In this document: piece by piece, positions 62,252 through 64,000 of the stretch | How the letters are laid out: the number at the start of each line of letters is the position of its first letter | Numbering within the stretch: position 1 is the first letter of the stretch | Origin: Gammaproteobacteria bacterium | GTDB lineage: Bacteria > Pseudomonadota > Gammaproteobacteria > JABABF01 > JAHRAO01 | Length of the DNA: 64,000 bases | Direction of reading: 5' to 3' | Assembly (NCBI GenBank): GCA_020027215.1 | Contig: JAHRAO010000003.1 | Location: 10,718 to 74,717 of the forward strand | The notes under the pieces: model-generated | Seen by the model: only the letters and a program-made list of their open reading frames with translations | Database searches by the model: none | Told to the model about the DNA's origin: nothing | Translations under genes and position numbers: made by a program

Positions 62252-64000
62252 CGTTGGGGGATACGCATCAAACCGATAGTGCCTGCGCCAGGGCGCCGAC
62301 TATCGGAAGTCCCAAAGAACAACCCATTACGCCACATGATGGCGTGCACGCTCCCCATCGGAAAGGTGTGTTCAACCTGATGCCCTTTCTGGCGCAATAG
62401 AGCAATCGTATCGGGGCTAAATCCCTCTTCTAATTGCAATTTATCCGGTAACCATTGATGATGGATGCGCGGTGAATGCACCGCTTGAGCGATATTCATA
62501 CCATGGTCAATCACATTGACCACCACTTGTAACACGGTGGTAATAATGCGACTGCCACCGGGACTGCCTAAAATAAGCCATGGTTTCTCATTTTTGAAAA
62601 TCATTGTCGGGGTCATGGAACTCAATGGACGTTTTTGCGGAGCTATAGCATTGGCATCCCCGCCTAACAAACCAAACGCATTAGGCACTCCCGGTTTAGC
62701 GGCAAAATCCGCCATTTCGTTGTTCAATAATATACCGGTGCCGGGAACAGTAATGCCCGAGCCAAAAGAAAAATTAAGCGTGTAGGTATTTGCAACCGCA
62801 TTGCCATCTTTATCCATCACCGAAAAATGAGTGGTCTCGCGGCTTTCAGTTGGGGGCAATAATTGCCCCGGTTTGATCTTATTAGCAGGAGTCGCTTTAG
62901 ATAAAGAAATTTCTTTCGCTAAATTCAGTGCGTATTTTCGTGCAGTTAACCGAGCAATGGGCACAGAGAAAAAATCTGGGTCACCGAGATATTCACTCCT
63001 ATCGGCGTAAGCACGTTTCATAACCTCACTGAGTAAATGAACCGTCTGCGCACTGCCATACCCCATTTCTTTCACCGGGAATTGAGTCAGGACATTCAAC
63101 ATCTGAGCAATATGCACGCCGCCAGAACTCGGCGGAGGCATAGATACGACACGATATCCACGATAATGTGTGCTAATCGCTGAACGTTCGCGCACGCGAT
63201 AATTTTTCAAATCGCGCATGCGAATTAATCCTCCATTCGCCTTCATATCGGCAACAATCATTTGGGCAATTGTGCCGCGATAAAAAGCTGCCGAGCCTTT
63301 TTTCGCCAAAAGCGCAAGAGTGCGCGCTAAATCTTTTTGTTTAATAATTTCTCCCGCACGATAAGGCACGCCATTCTTTTTGAAGTAAGTGTGCGCGGTC
63401 TCAGCATTAGCGGTCAACCGCTTGCGACGGCGCTCCAAATTACTCGCCATACTCCATGGAACAGCAAAACCATCTCGAGCTAATGCTATTGCCGGTTGTA
63501 ATATGGTGCGCCAATCCATAGTACCGTATCGTTTTAACGCGTACGCCATCCCCGCAACTGTCCCTGGGACTCCAGCGGATTGGTGACTGTATTTTTCTCG
63601 CTTGCCCTCTACATTCCCTGCTTGATCTAAAAACATTGTGCGGGTCGCAAGAGCAGGCGCCATTTCGCGATAATCAAGGGCAATGGTTTTATTTTTTTTC
63701 GCCAAATAAACTAGCATAAAGCCACCTCCCCCCAAATTGCCCGCGCGCGGTAATACCACCGCCAATGCCATTGCCGTCGCTACCGCAGCATCTACCGCAT
63801 TACCGCCTCGGCGCAAAATATCTGCTCCAACTTTAGTGGCTAATATTTGTTGACTCGCCACCATACCGAAACGACCGATCACCGGATTATGAATGCTATC
63901 GCTGCGGATAATAGCACTTTCATTTTGTGTCTGGGCATGGAGTGTAGCACCGTACCCACCTAAAAACATACACCACATCCATGCTATGACGATGCGCTCG
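62248..64000 (-). CDS. ggt: Gamma-glutamyltransferase (frame open to window edge, probably 5' truncated)
   Basis: GGNAVDAA, GGGGFM, DYRE.AP, ETTHFS, NNEM.DF, KRPLSSMTP, GSPGG.RI. Confidence 0.95.
   Translation of the reverse strand, partial: ERIVIAWMWCMFLGGYGATLHAQTQNESAIIRSDSIHNPVIGRFGMVASQQILATKVGADILRRGGNAVDAAVATAMALAVVLPRAGNLGGGGFMLVYLAKKNKTIALDYREMAPALATRTMFLDQAGNVEGKREKYSHQSAGVPGTVAGMAYALKRYGTMDWRTILQPAIALARDGFAVPWSMASNLERRRKRLTANAETAHTYFKKNGVPYRAGEIIKQKDLARTLALLAKKGSAAFYRGTIAQMIVADMKANGGLIRMRDLKNYRVRERSAISTHYRGYRVVSMPPPSSGGVHIAQMLNVLTQFPVKEMGYGSAQTVHLLSEVMKRAYADRSEYLGDPDFFSVPIARLTARKYALNLAKEISLSKATPANKIKPGQLLPPTESRETTHFSVMDKDGNAVANTYTLNFSFGSGITVPGTGILLNNEMADFAAKPGVPNAFGLLGGDANAIAPQKRPLSSMTPTMIFKNEKPWLILGSPGGSRIITTVLQVVVNVIDHGMNIAQAVHSPRIHHQWLPDKLQLEEGFSPDTIALLRQKGHQVEHTFPMGSVHAIMWRNGLFFGTSDSRRPGAGTIGLMRIPQR

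Overview
Chromosomal window of a compact-genome gammaproteobacterium (taxonomy inferred from the housekeeping genes). (1) 1-15.9 kb: aromatic catabolism cluster with an MFS fragment, an SDR, pobA, a secreted MBL-fold hydrolase, an aromatic-acid MFS, the complete protocatechuate 4,5-cleavage pathway (ligA-ligB-ligC, an internally deleted AKR, ligI-ligJ-ligU-ligK) and a TonB-dependent receptor. Two intergenic clusters of a multi-hairpin repeat with covarying stems lie at about 1.04-1.65 kb and 15.86-16.05 kb. (2) 16-52.8 kb: tightly packed and partly reshuffled housekeeping genes (heptose/LPS, hemE, coq7, trpGDC, acs, miaB, coaD, proC, tRNA-fMet-rimP-nusA-infB-rbfA-truB, gap, pdxJ, ribH, mutS, fdxA, cydABX-yajC). 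(3) 52.9-60.9 kb: a minimal, orphan type IV secretion-like operon (a putative outer-membrane barrel plus VirB2/3/4/5/6/8/9/10-like genes). The window shows no VirB11, coupling protein, relaxase or integrase. The operon is preceded by a perfect sigma70 promoter and a GGA-dense, CsrA/RsmA-site-like RNA segment. (4) dadA and a 5'-truncated ggt. The best candidates for novelty are the T4SS-like operon with its GGA leader, the covarying hairpin repeat, and a possible aryl-sulfate utilisation module. All assignments come from motif recognition by eye; no database searches were run.
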